A stretch of 64,000 bases of DNA. It comes from Zancudomyces culisetae HAW-14-8 (taxonomy: Eukaryota; Fungi; Kickxellomycota). The translations under genes were made by a program, and so were the position numbers. Location: contig JBNJNM010000011.1 in the NCBI GenBank assembly GCA_052426225.1, forward strand, positions 1,922,001 through 1,986,000, read 5' to 3'. Every line of letters starts with the position of its first letter. The first letter of the stretch is position 1. The notes under the pieces are model-generated. The model saw only the letters and a list, made by a program, of their open reading frames with translations. It was not told where the DNA came from and made no database searches. Below are positions 13,584 to 26,395 of the stretch, piece after piece.

Positions 13584-16500
13584 TTAATTTGTCTTTTTCC
13601 ACTTGGGTTTCCAGAAGGTATTCTTAGTTTACTTTGTATCTTTGTTCTGAAAGAATAAAACAAAAGAATTTATAAGAACTGAGTAGAGAAAGGAAAAAAA
13701 AGACTGCTTTTATCTACTTGTTCACCTTTTTTTAGTTGCTTTCAACCTTGCGATGTGCAGCTTCAAAATTGTGAATTTACTTCCCGATTTATATTTTATA
13801 GTTTTTTATGTTCCCAGCTTTGATACTGTTTTATGCGTTTGATACTACTTTAGCAATTTCCTAATTATCGGATACTTAAATATTTCCAAGTATACTTAGA
13901 ACCTTAAAAAACACTATTTTGTATATTTCCGCTAAGTTTTATCAATAACGCTATTTTTTGTTATATTATGCTTTAGTCCCAATTTATGCCTAAATGCACC
14001 ATTAATATCTTTTCTAAAATTTTCACAAAAGGCTTGAAATTGATTTGAATTAAAGCGTTTTTCTTCGCAATTTCCTCGAGTTGAGCCTAATGGAGGGCTA
14101 TAAATCACTTTTCCATAAGCCCAAAATTCGTTTGCAGTAAATAAAACCGTATTATTTACTTTACGAGAATATTTTTAATATTGTCATTTTCATTCTGCAA
14201 TGATTACAAACCAATTCAATTGTTTTCAACTATTTTTGATTATTTTTAATGGTTTTTAGATGCATAAAATAGACAAGTAAAGTGAAAACAACATAATGGT
14301 TTTCTATCATTTTTTCTTCTTTTTTCTTTGTGGTAAAAAATTATTTTACTTCGTGGAGAGGAGGAGGGGAGAAGGGGAAGAAAGTGTTGGGGAGAGTTGT
14401 GCCAACAATAATAGTAAAAATGACAACAAAGCTAAGCCAACATTATGAAATTATTTGAAAACTGATATAGCAGTGGATAAAGTGTTCACAATTTTCGATT
14501 ATTTTATGTAATGCTCGATGGTTCGAAATGCTAGCCTTTTTTGTCCTCATATTCTCTGACTGCCAACCTGCGAAAATGACGCAAAACTCCAGATTCTGGC
14601 TTTGAAATACATTTGAAAAATGAAGGAACAAAAAAAAAAGTGTGTAACAGTGGACATTAAGGACAACCAAAAATAAAAATAAAAAAAGTCCGCAGACTCC
14701 CCTGGTTTAAACTGTGTTCGTCGAGTACACTCACAAATTTTCTGCAGAGGAGCAGGCAAGCAAGAGGTGATAGCTATCATGTTCTGGGGATTTGAATATT
14801 GATTCTGAATTTGTGGCCAGGATAATACATGGTAACCAAAATGGCACCTATATGCAAAATAGAACGAGATATTGTCACAATCAACATTATATGCTGCTGT
14901 ACAGCACTGGAAATAATCACGCATTTAGTTTTAGATTTTACACATGAGTCACATAGATCATGTGTCGACTTTCCTGTTCTCCCTATACATAGGGGATTTC
15001 TACGTTTTTTTAAGGTTATCCTCTCCAGGTATTGGCTTTTGGATAATGGCAACCATTTTTCAAGCGAACATTTATTTTAATTGAAGTTTATCTTTTGTGG
15101 TAATTATTCTGGGCCGCTAGTGTGCATACTTTTCTAAATTTATAGAACGTACAAAAGCACTCTTCTTGAAACCAATCTGTAAATATTCCCATACTCATAC
15201 TTTAACCAGGCCCATTATACTTTCTTCATAATTTATCCATTTTTTGTAACCCACACTTGCCATCTGATCTGGATAACCTTCCTCCCCCTCCAGAGTTTTT
15301 GATTGGTATTATCTCTGCCAGAATATGATCTTTTTTTTATCTACAAAGATAACGTTATCACAACTAGAAACACATTACTAGTATAGTTACTAACAATGGT
15401 ATGTAAAACTGTGTATACTTGTTCTCCAATGCAAAAATGTTCACCTTTTCATAAAGTCAACTATATTAAACACTACAATATTGAAATTCATAGATAATAG
15501 AATAAACGACCTAAAACCCATCTAAAAAAAGGAGGGGGAAATCCTTACAAACCATTATACCAAGCAATGGAATGTAAGGTTGTGTCTCTCTTGCCATATC
15601 AGTATTTGAACTATTGCAATTTCATCGCTTGTACTGGTTCACTTGAAACAAATATTTTGTTCGATGCGTTTGTGGATTCTTACATTTATTATTTTCTTCA
15701 TTTTCTTCACAAAATGTAGACGATTTATATTTGAGACTCGTATATTATCCACTTCTGATTCAATACACCCTTTTGTTCAAACAAAGACCGAGAAACAGTG
15801 TCCACATTATCCAGCTAGGCTAAAGTATTACCATTCCCCAAATTTAGTTTTTTTGTTAACTACAACTCAATCTTCATCAAAGTGAAATGTCAATGGTACT
15901 TTGTTCCAGTACATAGTTACATACTTCTATCTCTCCAGTTACAAAACAACATAAAAGATCATCATAATGCCTGAAAACACAATTTTCTTTTGCCAGAAGA
16001 GGAAGGGTATTGTGTGCATTAAAAATTATGTGCTTGCTTGAAAAAGCACGACTTGAGCACATATAATTCCGTTAGTAGTCTTATCTTCATATTTACTAGG
16101 TACATTCTTATTGTTTGTTTGGTAGTTGAATCGGATATTTGATTGTATACATCTAAATTAATAACCAATACTCCGACTTCAAAGTTTGATAATTCTTATA
16201 GCTTGATGTCATTGATTGTACACCTTCATCGATAGCAAGTATCGGATTGTGTCTAGTTAATCAATATAGCTACCTCATGTAGCAGTGCAAGCAAACATTA
16301 GATAACTATATATAAAAATAAAAAAAGAAAAAAGGCGGAGAAAACATGCAACATACTCTCCTTTATACGGTACTTTTGTACAGGATACAGCGAAAATTTC
16401 CACACTCCCGCCAAAGTACAAAACATTTCTAAATATTACTAGATACAAAATGCCCATTTTGGTAGCATATTCGGATTAAAATTTCCTGCTTCGAAGGTCA

Positions 16501-18150
16501 TTTAATTTTATTCAGATAAAGTTACTCGAGTGTGGCAGTAAAAGGTACAAAAAAATTTCAGTAATACCTGATACTGTTGCTGTACCAGAGTAGTAAGTAT
16601 AAAATAAAAAAATACAATTTTTTTGAAATCATGGCCATAGTTGGCATACTCCCATTTGGTATACCATTTATTTCTTTTTTTTAGGGAGCAGGGGGGGGGG
16701 GTGTTAACACTTCCCGCCTAGTCATATTATTATTATTAACACAACAACCCTTCCAAAAAGAAATGGAGAAAAAGAACAGTTTAGTTCCAGAATTGAGAGT
16801 GCGCCACACTACGTGTAAGTTTCTAAAAAAGATCGGATTGTAGGCGTATCTTTAATTGGAAAATAAAAGGGCAGCCATACATGAACACTGTTAGAGGTTA
16901 CAGCCGGCATAAGATTTTTTTTCCCGCTTAGATATGGATGGAAGGCACGAAGGAATGAAATGAACTCGACACCATTACATATATATTTGCCGGTTTATGT
17001 AATCCAAAAGCCTTGATTGCGCCACGTGAACTTTCGTTAAGACCACTCTCAAGGATAAATCCGAGCATGGTTGCATCTAGGAACACTCTATTACATTATA
17101 CAAACAAATTGTAAGGAATCATCGAGATTCACTGACGTAATTTTTTTTGGTGGTAGTGAGATAGTGGGAAAAAATAAGCGGCTAACCAATGGATAAAGTG
17201 GCGCGGGTTGAATGGTACGGGTCATCCAATCTTAAAGACCCCCCAGGGTCAAGGTAACATCATATATACCGAAAGGTTGCAGCAAATGAACGTATTTCTG
17301 AGCCTTGTTCCAGTTTTTTTGTCCGCTTATTTTTTTTTGTTTTCATGGCATGTTGGCGTAAAATTACATAAGAAAAAGCCATAGGAATTGCAGATTAGGT
17401 TAATTTATGCTCCTGAACTTTTGTTCGCCAACTTCCAACGTTCATATCTAAGCTTATCGTTCACTCGTTTTCCAGGTTTCGTCTATCTTTCTTTTGATTG
17501 AGTAAAGTAGAGAGGGAAGAAAGAGAGCGTCAACAAAGAGTAAAAGGTTGTGGGCAAAGAAAAGAAATATCAGCCCACTTGGATAACTGTATCACGTAAA
17601 TGAACCGAGGTCAAAAAAGAAGAGCACAGCATAGAGAAAAAAGGCTTTGTTCATGTGATTCGCAGAATTTGTAAATGTTTGTTTTTGTGAGGTAATACTT
17701 CCAAATTATTACCACTATATCCACCAAGCAAAACTCTTTTATTTTTCTTCCTCGAGAATGTTGCATGGAATGACGTGGAACTATAACTGTTTATGTTTTA
17801 GATATTTAGGGGGGGGAGGGGAAGATGCGCTAACCTGGCTCTTGTAGTTTATTTTCATGCTTCTGCACTTGTTACAAATATAAGCTGAGAAGAGGGAGAG
17901 GGGGGGCATGTGAGGAATGGTATCATCTAATGGGTGGCTCTGACGCATTTCCTGTTATTAATGTTGCTTTTACTATGTTTTACGCAATTAGGCCTCCAAC
18001 TAAAAAACTGAGGAAAAAAACGGGCTGATTTTTTTTTCCAAATGAGTTCATATTTATGTAATACGAGTTTTAGAGTAAACTGAACTGATAACAATATGCA
18101 TATCCTTTAAGCTAGCTAAGGAGAATTATAAAAAAAACCATAAAAGCGAG

Positions 18151-18158
18151 TATAAATA
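18151..18158 (+). promoter_or_regulatory. Putative TATA box for the microprotein at 18611
   Basis: TATAAATA ~460 nt upstream of the ATG, with a candidate 5'UTR intron between them (GTAAAG ~18286 to GCAG ~18528). Confidence 0.4.
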
Positions 18159-18610
18159 CCTGCTTGCATTCCCAACCCAAATGTATCTGGTCTCATATTA
18201 TCAGTTTGCTTTTTCTGACTTTATAAAAACAACAAAAGACTTTCACATTAGTGACTAACGTTTTTAATACGTGAATACAAGAGAGGTAAAGTAGAGAAAT
18301 ATTATTTATTTTGACTATTTTGTGTTAAGAAGACGGTGGTATAGCACGTGTATTCGTCAGATGGAGTGAGTGAGGGGATGAGAGGGTATTGCAGCCACAA
18401 CACTTGATGGTTACACTTTTCCTTCTTGTTATTGATCTTTGAGGAAAATATCTTTTTCTTGTCTTTGTGTTTTTTTTTTGTATATTTATATTACACTTGA
18501 TCCTTTACAAATATCGCGACTAAAGCAGTGTTCTCCTGTTATTAACAAAAACTATAGAAATTTAAAGAAAAAACCACCCTTTGAGAAACAAATAACACAT
18601 AAAGAAAAAA

Positions 18611-18769
18611 ATGGTTGGAGTACCCTGCACACACGGAAATAATGCATGCCCTCAAGAGTGCAAGTGTCTATGCTTCTGTTGCAAGAGAGGGTTGAGACAC
18701 CCTTCAATCACCAACAAAGGAAGTGGAGCTCCATTTAAAAAGCCATCAGTATCTGAAGGTCAAAACTAA
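18611..18769 (+). CDS. 52-aa Cys-rich microprotein (paralog A): MVGVPCTHGNNACPQECKCLCFCCKRGLRHPSITNKGSGAPFKKPSVSEGQN
   Basis: Strong start context AAAAAAATGG, GC-elevated island, 7 Cys, and a motif shared with the ORF at 26246-26395. Confidence 0.7.
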   Translation: MVGVPCTHGNNACPQECKCLCFCCKRGLRHPSITNKGSGAPFKKPSVSEGQN

Positions 18770-21335
18770 GTTGCCTTTGCTTTTCCTAGATTTTTCTCTT
18801 TTTTTTTACGTGGAAAGAGAAAAAGTGGGAGAGAGTAGATCATATTTATCAAAAAACAACAGAGGGTCTCGCTCTTGATTACATTTGCCTGCTTTATCAT
18901 CCTTTATTGTTTAGTCCATCATTTCCTATTTATTATAACTCTGTGATGACTCTCATCAACATGATATTTGTAGTTTTACCTACTATTTAATATTGCTTAT
19001 AAAACGCAATAAAGCCGTGGTAGCATCTTTTATTCCCCCATATGGGTTTTGTTCTTGCCAGTTATCAAAGTAATGGGGTTGCTTAATGTTCAAAAGATAT
19101 AATTTTATATTGATCACAAGAAGGTGTGTGGATAGGAGAAGGTAGGAGAGAAGAAGAGGTTTAGATGAACTACGACTGTTCAGTTTATGCATGTCACAAT
19201 TTTTCATAGCATGACTTTTTCGAACGAAAAGTATGAATGAAGAATGAGAGCTTGTAATAAGCCTAGGTTTAGAAGCAATTAAGGATGAAAAGCTAACATA
19301 CGTTGCAACAGTAGGTTTGGCTTGGGAAAGAAAAAAAATCGAGTGATGGGTGGTACGGGAATAGCTGCATTGTTATAAGGCTTTTGTTTTAAGGTAAATG
19401 CTCAAAGTTCGCAAAAGCAACATTTTTTGTGTTGCTCTATAGAGTTTATTAATATACTGGTGACTATTAACACGTACAGAGTGAGTGAATCGAACATTCC
19501 ATTGATGTTTTTTTTTCTTTTTCTTGCGCGAGTAAGTAGGTGTTGTTCTTTGAAAATTGTGTTTGGTGTATCCAAGATATTGGATAGTCATTTGATTGAA
19601 AAAAAATGGAAAAAGCAGCATTGTGAAAGTAGAAGGGGAAACAAAACAAATGGTAAAAACAAAGTGAAACGAAAATCAATGGGGATTGACTGGTTGACTT
19701 GCGGACTCAAATTGGTTTTTGTGCAAACAATCTGAGGTGGCAGGTTAGCTAATTTTGCAGAAACTACGGAGCCTTTTTTTATAATGTAGAGTACAGAAAA
19801 AAAAATTAACAAAGGACCGGTTTTGGTTGGTTGGATATAGGGAGCGAGAATTGGAAAAAAGTAATAACATTACCATTCATACCCAGTGGGTCAACGAAAA
19901 ATAATAAATGGAAGGGGTAGGGAAGAGGGTTGATAGGTAATAGTGACTGGAGAGAAAATAGAAAAGGAAAGAAACAAGGGAGAGGTGGGCAAAGTAAAAA
20001 TAAAATTAAAAATCGGACCAGAGTTTACAGGTGAAATGCTAACAAAGGAAATCACGAAAATTTTTTTTTTGTTAATGCAAGAAAAAGAAAAATTAAAACC
20101 CGAAATGCGAAAAAGTAGAGGTATAACAAATTAAAACGCAAGCCATTAAATATAGGTATGAATGGAATTGAAGATAATACAAAAGAAAAAGAAAAAGAAA
20201 AAGAAAAAGAAAAATAAAGGAAAAAAAAGGCGGCATAAAAGGAGAGGAGAATCAGTGACAAAATAAAGACAAATGACTTGTTTCATTTTTGTAAATCCCT
20301 TGGAATTTCAATTTTTGTTTTTGCCGTTTCTTTTTTTTCCAAAATTCTACCAAAATAAAAAAATAACAAAATAGGGTAGATGGATTGGTGTAAAAAAATA
20401 ATACAAAAAAGAGAAATATTTGCATTTGCTTAAATTACAAGATATTAGGGAGATATTCGTGCAATACGCATATGTTTTTTTCTTTTTAGCTTTTATTATT
20501 TAATTTTTTTTATTTTGTTGGAAATGTGCAAAGATGAAATATACGTTTTTGAGACTACTGATTGAATGACCAGAATACAAATATGTAAAATGAATAAAAC
20601 CCAAGATAAAAAAAAAAGCTTGAACAACCACACGTAGATTTTAGTGCGTATGTATGTAATGCAAAATTCGAGTTTTTTTTTTTTTCCTAGGAAGAGAAAA
20701 AAAAATTTTTGGAATGTTGGTGGAAATATTCCAAGTGAGGTCAGTTTATTGGTATTTGCAAATACGAGCCAGGAAGATTGACTTGACAAATGTAGATATA
20801 ATGAAGAAAGGATATTTTTAATAAGAAAAAATAAAGTAGACCCAACATATATAATAGTACACATTTACACACACATACACACAAGACAAAGAATAAATAG
20901 AATGGTGTTTTTGTGACGAGTAATGTGGGTAGCTAAAAAGACATTGTAGAATATAAGCTTGAAGATTTGTTAAAAAAAAGTTTGTTTATATATTTTTGAG
21001 TATTTGTAGAGTTATTTTTTCCTTACAAGAACGACCAAGGCGGCAACATAGAATACAATACCGATTAGATATAGAGATAAAAGGAAAACAAAACAAAAAT
21101 AAAACAAAAAGATCAAAAGTAATCTTCAGAGAACAAGAAGGAAGGAGAAAAGAAGAGAAATAATAATAAAAAAGGACAACAGAAATAGATATTTTTATAG
21201 AAGGCCGATTGACCAAATAGCAAATATAAGAGGATAAATGAAATAGCAGAAAGGAGGAAATAAACGGGAATAGTAATAGATAATAAAGACGCGAAGAGAA
21301 ACATAGATATCAACAAGTAAATAAGTAAATGAAGG

Positions 21336-23702
21336 ATGACAAGTCGAAGGTTGTTGTTTCAAACACCAACAGGACAACGGCTGGACGCGTCGATAATTAG
21401 CCCTAGTTCACATAAATACAATGCAGAAGCAACAGCAGAGCTAGTAACACAAAATGGTAATGGAGGGGCAGGAGTAGCAGCAGAAAGTAGTGGTAGAAGA
21501 ACAGGGAAAAGACGATATACAACGATGATACAACGGGAAGGAGGAGAGAAATATGAAACAGTATACGAAAATGAATATAACGCAGGAATACAGATAACGC
21601 CAAAGAGACAAGGAACACCGGGGCTAGCAGGCAGAGGAGGATTAGGAGTGACGATGGGGGTAGGGGTAGGAATGGGGATGGGGATGGAAGGACTAGGGAA
21701 AGAAGTAGAAATGATAACGCCAAGAGTTGGAAATGGAGCGGTGAACAGCATGGTGGCTGGTGGAGGGAGGATAATAGATCAAACACCGACGGCAAGACCG
21801 GGTAACGCACGAAGAGGTAGACACAGTATTGGAACAGGGATACTGATGGAAAAAAGAGAAATAGGAGAGGCAGAAAGAGAAAGAGAAAGTGCGGAAAAGG
21901 GGGCAGAGGAGAATCGTAAAAGGTACGAGACACAAAAGGCAATGTTACAAGAGTGGATTTTGGCGTACCGACGAGCGTTTCCAACGTTTAGATTTTATTT
22001 TGATGGGATTGATGAGATGATGACACGGCAGTTATCGCTAGGAGTAAAGAAGCTGTCAGCAAAAGTAGAGTCGTTTTTTTCGGCACAGCAGGTGACGCAT
22101 TTGATAGTGAATGATGAGGTAGCAGGAGCAGTGGGAGAAGGAAGAAACGGAGGAAGTGCGGCGGTAGTTGCGGCGCAGAAGTTTGGAGTAAAGATATGGG
22201 GAGTGAGTAAGTTGCGAAATCGGATTTTGAAATATATATTGCCACCAAACCAGCAAGTGGAGATAGAGCATTCAAACAAGCGCAAGCTAAGTGAAGTTTT
22301 ACAGGAAGAAAAGCTGAATGGAGGACAGCAGCAGACGATGGCAGGGGATTTCTATTATTTCCGCAACTATTATGTGCTGGTGGAGGACAGTTCACATCTT
22401 CACAAGCCGGTGCTGATGAATGACTATAAGAACGGGGCAACAGAGCAACAGGGGGGCGAGCCGCCATGGCCCAAGTTGTATTATGTGCCGCGTGGGCGCT
22501 GTCCATTTGTAAAGTACGATTCGACGTCGGGAAAAGAGAGTTCGACGTCATCAGGTGAGGAGGAAGAGGAAGAAGAGGAGGAGAAGAAGAAACAGCATGT
22601 GGAGAAGGAGGATGAACATCGAGTGTTGGCAGAAGTGATGGGAACAGATTGTAGCGTGTTGTCACGTGATGCGGGTTTGTTGCGACTGGTGCGACCGCAC
22701 ATTGTGGATTCAGCAGCATCAGGTAATTTTGTAGGGCAGTCTATGAATAGCAAACCATTACTTACAGAAGGAATGGGAACAGGAACAACAACATGTGTAG
22801 GGACAGGGACAGGAACAGGAACAGGAACAGGGATGAGTACAAGTATGGGTACAAGTATTGGTACAGGTATGGGCATAGGTATGGGTATGGGTATGGGTAT
22901 GGGTATTCAATTTACACCAACTGGACAAAGACGACTAGTTCATACAATGTATGCTGATAAATTATCACGAATGGAACAAACAGTAGTTGCAATGGCAGAT
23001 AGACCACCAAAACCAACACAGACACAGACACAGACACAAACACAAACACAGATATTAAAAACTAAACCAAAAGTACCAGTTCAACCAAGGAAACCACAGA
23101 ATCGACGGACAGTTTCACGACCAGGATATTGCGAAAACTGCCGAGTAAAATACGAAGACATGGTAACTCATCTTGGTTCTTCGTCTCATCGTTTGTTTGC
23201 TCAGCAGGAATCCAACTGGTCTGACCTTGATTCTCTGCTACAATCTCTTCAACGTAAACCTGCTGTAAACATCAATTCTATGACTCCAATTTCTCACCTT
23301 CATTCGGCAAACTCTGCCAACAGCATTGCTACTCTTGTCCAACCTGTAAATGCTAATCCTCATCTCTCTTCATCTCTTAACCACTGGTCTCGTCTAGAAA
23401 ACTCGTATACTCCTACTAATATACCAAACTTGGTATTTTCCCAACAACAATATGATGCTGCAACACTAGTTACAAAACCATCTACCACCACAAACAATAC
23501 AATCATCAAACCCACTACTACTACTAATACTACTACTAATAATAATACTACCACAAACTCTATCAACACATCTGCTTATCCTCCCCCTCCTCAACTTGAT
23601 CGTCTAACTACTCCAACCAAATTCCCCGACTTTTTTATAGATTCTACTTTAAACGACTATTTTATTTCCCATTTTGCAAACAATAATAACACTAATCAAT
23701 AA
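21336..23702 (+). CDS. DBF4: Cdc7/Hsk1 kinase regulatory subunit Dbf4/Dfp1
   Basis: BRCT-like motif N (FRFYFDG...VESFFS..VTHLI), motif M (YVLVED...PVLMNDY...WPKLY..PRGRCPF) and zf-DBF (PGYCENCRVKYEDMVTHLGSSSHRLFA..NW). Confidence 0.93.
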   Translation: MTSRRLLFQTPTGQRLDASIISPSSHKYNAEATAELVTQNGNGGAGVAAESSGRRTGKRRYTTMIQREGGEKYETVYENEYNAGIQITPKRQGTPGLAGRGGLGVTMGVGVGMGMGMEGLGKEVEMITPRVGNGAVNSMVAGGGRIIDQTPTARPGNARRGRHSIGTGILMEKREIGEAERERESAEKGAEENRKRYETQKAMLQEWILAYRRAFPTFRFYFDGIDEMMTRQLSLGVKKLSAKVESFFSAQQVTHLIVNDEVAGAVGEGRNGGSAAVVAAQKFGVKIWGVSKLRNRILKYILPPNQQVEIEHSNKRKLSEVLQEEKLNGGQQQTMAGDFYYFRNYYVLVEDSSHLHKPVLMNDYKNGATEQQGGEPPWPKLYYVPRGRCPFVKYDSTSGKESSTSSGEEEEEEEEEKKKQHVEKEDEHRVLAEVMGTDCSVLSRDAGLLRLVRPHIVDSAASGNFVGQSMNSKPLLTEGMGTGTTTCVGTGTGTGTGTGMSTSMGTSIGTGMGIGMGMGMGMGIQFTPTGQRRLVHTMYADKLSRMEQTVVAMADRPPKPTQTQTQTQTQTQILKTKPKVPVQPRKPQNRRTVSRPGYCENCRVKYEDMVTHLGSSSHRLFAQQESNWSDLDSLLQSLQRKPAVNINSMTPISHLHSANSANSIATLVQPVNANPHLSSSLNHWSRLENSYTPTNIPNLVFSQQQYDAATLVTKPSTTTNNTIIKPTTTTNTTTNNNTTTNSINTSAYPPPPQLDRLTTPTKFPDFFIDSTLNDYFISHFANNNNTNQ

Positions 23703-23778
23703 ATTATTCCCCTTGCCTCACCTCACCTCACTTCTCCTTTCTTCTCTTCTCTCCCTTTTTTGTTTTATTTTATTATTT

Positions 23779-25372
<1,594 letters not shown>

Positions 25373-26245
25373 TTAATTGATTTTTATTTTCGTGTAGATA
25401 TTTGTTGTATTTTATTTTATTTTATTTTATTTTACTTTATTTTATTTGACTTGAATTATATTCCTATTGTATAGCATCAAAAAAAAAATTGGCTGCAGGT
25501 AAAAATATTAAAAAAATAAAGAAAAATTTTTATACTATTTTCCTATATTTTCTTTTATGATATTTTTATTAGCCTATTAGAAAGTTATTGGATTAAATTT
25601 TTTTTTTTTATAGCAAATCGTAGGATTGGGTTTTTCCGATTTTGCCTATAAGCAAATTTTTTTTTAGTATATATTATGTTGCTCAGGTTTTTACTCATCC
25701 CGTTATTTGATCAAATCTTTATATATACCTAGACACTAATCAATTAATCATACACGCTACTTTCAATGCAAGAATCAAGGTATTTTTCAAAAACATCCTA
25801 GTACTTGTAGCTTTACATTATTTATATTCATTTTATTGCTATCATAATAAAAATACAAAAGATATCAAAGATTTTATCAATTGAAAAACTATAAATTACT
25901 ATTACTGTTACTATTACTATTACTACTGTTATCTTTATAACCACCTCTCTCAAAGAAAAACTCCAAATATTAAAATAAATAAATAAAAACACCTCCATTT
26001 TGGATCACTTGTATAATCTTCATCATACTTAAAACACTAATTGTATTACACTCTAAAACCCAGCAAACTCAAACTTGTCTCCCCCTCCACATTTGTAATC
26101 ATAAAATATACCCACACATTAGTAATCTATATTCTATCACCATCTCACCATCTCACTCTCTATATAATCGTTCTTTGGTTTGGTTTGGTTTGTTTTGGTT
26201 TTTTTTTTCAAATGTAAATACAAGTTTTTATGGTTATGGTGTAAC

Positions 26246-26395
26246 TCAACACGTGATTGTAAAAGCTGGAACTTCTAATGTCTCGTGCATCTTTATGCGT
26301 TTGTTATAACAATCTATACAAAGACAGTCGCATTCTATTGGGCACTTTGCTTGGTGCTCAAATGTTGTATGGGTGCAGTCAAATATTCCTTCCAT
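26246..26395 (-). CDS. 49-aa Cys-rich microprotein (paralog B): MEGIFDCTHTTFEHQAKCPIECDCLCIDCYNKRIKMHETLEVPAFTITC
   Basis: GACATGG start context, 7 Cys, and the CTH...CPxECxCLCxxC motif shared with 18611-18769. Confidence 0.65.
   Translation of the reverse strand: MEGIFDCTHTTFEHQAKCPIECDCLCIDCYNKRIKMHETLEVPAFTITC

Noticed and set aside
15262-15280. CTGATCTGGATAA resembling the TPP riboswitch core
   Set aside because: The following TGCCAGCG/TACCAGCG and the upstream CTGAGA elements are absent, and no thiamine gene is adjacent
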